This document shows, piece after piece, positions 60,038-64,000 of a stretch of DNA of 64,000 bases; the first letter of the stretch is position 1; the number at the start of each line of letters is the position of its first letter. This DNA comes from an uncultured bacterium (GTDB taxonomy: Bacteria > Oederibacteriota > Oederibacteriia > Oederibacteriales > Oederibacteriaceae). The stretch is from contig OZ218778.1 of the NCBI GenBank assembly GCA_965112635.1, positions 288,001 through 352,000 on the forward strand, written 5' to 3'. The position numbers and the translations under genes are program-made. A model generated the notes under the pieces. That model ran no database searches, had not been told where the DNA came from, and was given only the letters and a program-made list of their open reading frames with translations.

Positions 60038-61074
60038 TCCTCTCCCTCTTTGAGGTTAAAATTTATTTCCTTGTTCCCCTGAGTTAAAATTACATCCTTA
60101 TGGTCAATAATGCCAGTAACTCCCTTGATTTTCCAATTGTGGTTATCCAAGAGCCTTCCTTTCCTCAGTAAATAGACACTACCCGGCTTTGTCTTATCCC
60201 GGAAAATAGCCTCATTCCCTTCCTCCCCGGCGACATAACCGGTCAATTCTAAATTATTAATGTCAACTGAACTCAAATCGATATTATTGGTATAGGGTTC
60301 AAAGGGATTTCTCCGATTTTTTTCTTCATATACTGTCAGAGGTTTTATCCGCAATATGTCCTCATTGCCTCCTGGCTCCTGCGACATCCCCAACTTTATT
60401 CTCGCCTTTGAGGCCTCATAATACTCCATATCTTCCGGGCCAATCTTATCATACTCTTTGAGAGCTTCTTGGATCTTGCCGGTCTTCTCAAACCATTGAG
60501 CAAGGGTGAAATGAGCATAAGAATTTTTTGGGTCAACGCTGATCCACTTTAACAAACTTTTATAAACGTCCTTGGTTTGCCCTCTCCTTGAATATTCTTC
60601 AACAAGACGTTGGTAAGCCAAAGGATACGGAAACCGAAAAACGCAGTTCTGGTAAGATTTTAAAGCATCATCCCACATTCTTTTCTTGGCATAAAGATCG
60701 CCTTTGGCGATTATAGGTACAAAATCCATAGCATCCCATTTGGCGGCCAATGAATATTCAGATAAAGCTTTGTCAAAAACACCCTGGTACACATAGGAAA
60801 GGCCCAGATACATATGCGCTTGGCTAAAAGATGGATGGAGAGCGGCTTCCTTTTGGATTAATGCAAAACTTTTCTGGAACTGGTCAACATCTATCCTTCC
60901 CCCACTATACCAAGGTAAAGCTTCTTCAATTGCATTAATAGTGTTTTCAAACGAAGTGGTATCGCCATATACAGAAGAAAAAAGACCACTATGTAGAAGC
61001 ATAACAATAAAGACAGCTAATAAAAAATATTTTCTTAGGATCACAACAAATTCCTTTATATAATATTTAGTCAT
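60034..61074 (-). CDS. TPR protein with a C-terminal PilP-like domain
   Basis: Signal peptide, TPRs, then YEEKNRRNPFEP..LELTGYV; occupies the pilP position. Confidence 0.7.
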   Translation of the reverse strand: MTKYYIKEFVVILRKYFLLAVFIVMLLHSGLFSSVYGDTTSFENTINAIEEALPWYSGGRIDVDQFQKSFALIQKEAALHPSFSQAHMYLGLSYVYQGVFDKALSEYSLAAKWDAMDFVPIIAKGDLYAKKRMWDDALKSYQNCVFRFPYPLAYQRLVEEYSRRGQTKDVYKSLLKWISVDPKNSYAHFTLAQWFEKTGKIQEALKEYDKIGPEDMEYYEASKARIKLGMSQEPGGNEDILRIKPLTVYEEKNRRNPFEPYTNNIDLSSVDINNLELTGYVAGEEGNEAIFRDKTKPGSVYLLRKGRLLDNHNWKIKGVTGIIDHKDVILTQGNKEINFNLKEGEE

Positions 61075-61083
61075 CGATGCTCC

Positions 61084-61644
61084 CTAATGACCTGTGGTAT
61101 ACGCTAGAAGAGTCATGGTGATTCTCAAATTGGAAATCTTAGGTTTTGTCACATCGTATTGAATAGTGGTCACAAAAGCAGCTAAGGGTATCGGGGAAAC
61201 CCTCAAGTTACTGAGTAAATGACAAAAATTATTAAAATTGGTCGAGATGTTCATATCCATACAGATGGCATTGTAACCAATGCCCCCCGCATCCCGCCTC
61301 AAAGTCTTTCGGGGAGGATTGATGCCAGTATAAGAGACCCTGCTGTCCGCCATCAATTGCGTGATTTCATTGATCAAAGCAGGATAGCTTAAGGTATCGG
61401 GCAGCTTTCCCTGTAGATACTGTTGTAATTTGATTAACTGTTCACCTTTAAATTTTGCTAAATCGTACTGCTTAGCAACGGTCCTAGCATTTTCTAGCTT
61501 GCTCTTTTTATCCTGCAACTCAGAAAAACTTTGGGTAATCGCTTTGTCTAAAGGAATATAAATGTATCCAAAAAAACCATACAAAGCGACAATCACGACA
61601 ACCCCTATGACGATCCACATTTGCACCTTTTTTGATATTTTCAC
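61084..61644 (-). CDS. pilO: Type IV pilus assembly protein PilO
   Basis: N-terminal TM, coiled coil, KLPD; position in pilMNO-Q. Confidence 0.8.
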   Translation of the reverse strand: MKISKKVQMWIVIGVVVIVALYGFFGYIYIPLDKAITQSFSELQDKKSKLENARTVAKQYDLAKFKGEQLIKLQQYLQGKLPDTLSYPALINEITQLMADSRVSYTGINPPRKTLRRDAGGIGYNAICMDMNISTNFNNFCHLLSNLRVSPIPLAAFVTTIQYDVTKPKISNLRITMTLLAYTTGH

Positions 61645-61665
61645 CTAAAATCTCCGCTTAAATTT

Positions 61666-62250
61666 TTATAAATCTGGATACAAAGTATTTTTGCTTTCGC
61701 AGGTTATTCTAAATTGATAGAACGTTGTTCCGTTCTGTATGCTTTCTGTTATAGCGCCCAGAATGGACACATTAAACAAAGGACTCTGTCCAAGATTATG
61801 ATAAAACTCCAGAATGCGGTCCCTGTTGATTGAATAACCATCGATGTCGACCAATTTACCCGTTTTAGTCTTATCGGCACTCGTGGCCTTCCCCAAAGCC
61901 GAAATCCAAACCCCTTGGGGCAAACGAGCGCTCAAATCGTCCAAAAAAGACAACCAGACGGTTTGGTCTCCGGAAATGGATTCTAGAACAGCCATCTGAT
62001 CCTTTACTGATTTTTCTCTTGTCTCGATCTCCGTGACAAGATTGACCTTATCAATGAGTTCGGGAGCATTGAGCGCAACTTCCACTTGGTCAATCTCCTT
62101 TTTTATTTCATTAAGCACAGCAAGCTTCTGGAAATATAACCATCCAAGGACCAAAATCAGCAATCCGCCTGCCCCAATGATTAAGCTGTTCTGGAAACGA
62201 GAAACTCTTGCTTCCCTAATCTGAGGAGGCAGTAAATTTATCTGTATCAA
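61666..62250 (-). CDS. pilN: Type IV pilus assembly protein PilN
   Basis: IQINLLP, TM helix, LPQGVWI. Confidence 0.9.
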   Translation of the reverse strand: MIQINLLPPQIREARVSRFQNSLIIGAGGLLILVLGWLYFQKLAVLNEIKKEIDQVEVALNAPELIDKVNLVTEIETREKSVKDQMAVLESISGDQTVWLSFLDDLSARLPQGVWISALGKATSADKTKTGKLVDIDGYSINRDRILEFYHNLGQSPLFNVSILGAITESIQNGTTFYQFRITCESKNTLYPDL

Positions 62251-62252
62251 AT

Positions 62253-63365
62253 TTAGACCTTTCTTACGGCCAATCCTACTACAACAGGAAACAAAGCCGC
62301 TTTTTTACTTAGTGTATCTACCACATCCTGAGGGGCATCAATATTCTTAAAAGGGTTGTTCCACTCCACGGGAATCCCCAATTTTTCTTGCAAATACTTC
62401 TCCAAATTCTTTATTTCGGCGCTGCCGCCGCTTAATAGCAACTTTTGGATCGGTTTCTTTTTGGGTAAAGTTTCGTAATAATCAAAGAACTTCCTGATTT
62501 CAGAAATTAATTTGTTTAAAGTTGGACTGATGGCTTCAAAAATTTGGATCGAGCGATCTTCTTTATTGGGCATCCTCAAAAGAGAAAGATCGTCCGATTC
62601 CACCAGGATGCTGGCTTGAAGCTTTTTTAACTCTTCTGCCTGCTCAAAGCTTAAATTGAACTCGCGCTGTATGTCCTTGGTCAGATTTTCTCCGGCGACA
62701 AAAATATCCCGGGTAATCCTCATGTTGCTGCCTTCCATAATACTCACAGTGGATATTTTGGATCCGATATTTAAAAGGACCGTGGCGTCTTCTCCAAGCT
62801 CTTTGCCATAGTTCATCTCGAAAGCGTTGCAGAGGGCGAAGCAATCGACATCGATGATGATCGACCTCAACCCAGATTCCTTAAGGATCTTTAAATGCCT
62901 GTCCAAAACATCGTGTTTGGCGCCGACCAACAACACTTCGATCTTCTTTTGGTTATCTTCGGTGACCTCTCCCAAGATCTGAAAGTTAAGAGCGAATTGA
63001 TCCACATTGGGGATATATTGCTCCGCCTCGTATTGTATGACCCCCTTCAGTTCCTCTTGGCTCATCGCGGGTAATTTAACATTCCTCACGATGACGGCCT
63101 CGCCGGAAAGAGAGGTCACAACATTCCTGCTGTTGATCTTGTTTTCCTTAAAAATCTTTTTTATGGTTTCGGTCAGCAGGACTTCTTTTAACTCGGGGTC
63201 CAATTCTTCATCGCCGACCGACTCCGGCTTGGCGATATTCACGACTCCGCCTTTGACCCATTTCCATCCCTTTGAGGTCTGTTTCAATTGAACGAACTTG
63301 ATGGTGTAGGTGCCGATGTCTAACCCCACCAAGTTCGTGGACAACATTTTCTCAACAACACCCAT
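62253..63365 (-). CDS. pilM: Type IV pilus assembly protein PilM
   Basis: VGLDIG, EAEQYIP, IDVDCFAL, LSGGSA, VGLAVR. Confidence 0.95.
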   Translation of the reverse strand: MGVVEKMLSTNLVGLDIGTYTIKFVQLKQTSKGWKWVKGGVVNIAKPESVGDEELDPELKEVLLTETIKKIFKENKINSRNVVTSLSGEAVIVRNVKLPAMSQEELKGVIQYEAEQYIPNVDQFALNFQILGEVTEDNQKKIEVLLVGAKHDVLDRHLKILKESGLRSIIIDVDCFALCNAFEMNYGKELGEDATVLLNIGSKISTVSIMEGSNMRITRDIFVAGENLTKDIQREFNLSFEQAEELKKLQASILVESDDLSLLRMPNKEDRSIQIFEAISPTLNKLISEIRKFFDYYETLPKKKPIQKLLLSGGSAEIKNLEKYLQEKLGIPVEWNNPFKNIDAPQDVVDTLSKKAALFPVVVGLAVRKV

Positions 63366-63380
63366 CGATCTCCCTCTCCC

Positions 63381-64000
63381 TCACCAATGAAAGATAAAAA
63401 CTTGTGGCAGTATCATCGTAATCAAAGAACCTATCGCCATAAATGGCCCAAATGGGACAAAATCCTTCAGGCTTTTTTTACCTAATGCAATGAGGATGGC
63501 TGCCACTAACGCCCCTAATGTAAATCCCAAGACCAAAGAATTGAAAAGGCCCCGCCATCCCAAAAAAACACCTAGAACAGCCGATAACTTTACATCCCCT
63601 CCGCCCATTCCTCCTCGGCTGAGGGTTGCGATACCGCCCAATACAACGATCCCTAACAAAGCGCCAAGGACTGCATTGAACAAGCCTTGGCTCCAAGGGT
63701 TGACAAAACTCGTTACCAAAAAGAACAAAAATATAGGATACGTTATTTTATTAAAAATTAGCTGGTACTTTATGTCTAAAACAGTCACTACAAACAAGAA
63801 CGAAGCGAACACAAAGGGCAAATAAAACGAAACAGCTTTGAAATCAAACGAAAAAAAAATCTATTCCCTGTAAAAATGACTAACAAGAACAAATAAAGAA
63901 TAGAGTGGCTGGCCTCAACCCAAAAATACCTTGACGAGATGGGAGTCTTGCAAAATCGGCATTTTCTGCCCAATAACCAGTAGCTGATTAAGGGAATGTT
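63381..64000 (-). CDS. pilD: Prepilin peptidase, 5' end outside the window, frameshift in a T9 run at 63851-63859
   Basis: NIPLISY..GRKCRFCKTPISSRY in one frame; GMGGGDVKL and VPFGPF in the next. Confidence 0.9.

Overview
Chromosomal window from an unidentified bacterium of roughly 50% GC (eyeballed); nearly all genes are on the minus strand. (1) 1-15.6 kb: a dense signalling cluster of PAS/REC histidine kinases, a Cph1/Rcp1-like pair, a Crp/Fnr regulator and a GGDEF protein, partly built by duplication of an Fnr + hybrid-kinase unit. (2) 15.7-24.2 kb: a TolC-MacA-MacB exporter, a divergent OmpR-family two-component system and an ArnT/GT-C glycosyltransferase. (3) 24257-27035: a complete IS1595-family element (24-bp TIRs, 8-bp TSD) carrying an adenine methyltransferase and a probable restriction endonuclease. 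(4) 27.3-34.1 kb: trpB2, small metabolic genes, tRNA-Ile(CAT) and a structured repeat region. (5) 34.6-38.6 kb: a six-gene MglA GTPase/roadblock operon that includes two small paralogous membrane proteins. (6) 38.7-42.6 kb: a PorV-like barrel coupled to an FG-GAP protein with a T9SS-like C-terminal domain. (7) 42.9-64 kb: gcvT-H-PA-PB plus lipoate ligase, rpsU-dnaG-rpoD, and pilD-pilMNO(P)Q-aroCKB followed by a TPR-roadblock gene. Five single-base frameshifts, mostly in homopolymers, suggest uncorrected assembly errors. Best leads: the extended MglA operon, the RM-carrying IS (which also separates a gene from a predicted regulator box), and the tandem covarying hairpins upstream of the tRNA. 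All family assignments come from motif recognition by eye; no database searches were run.
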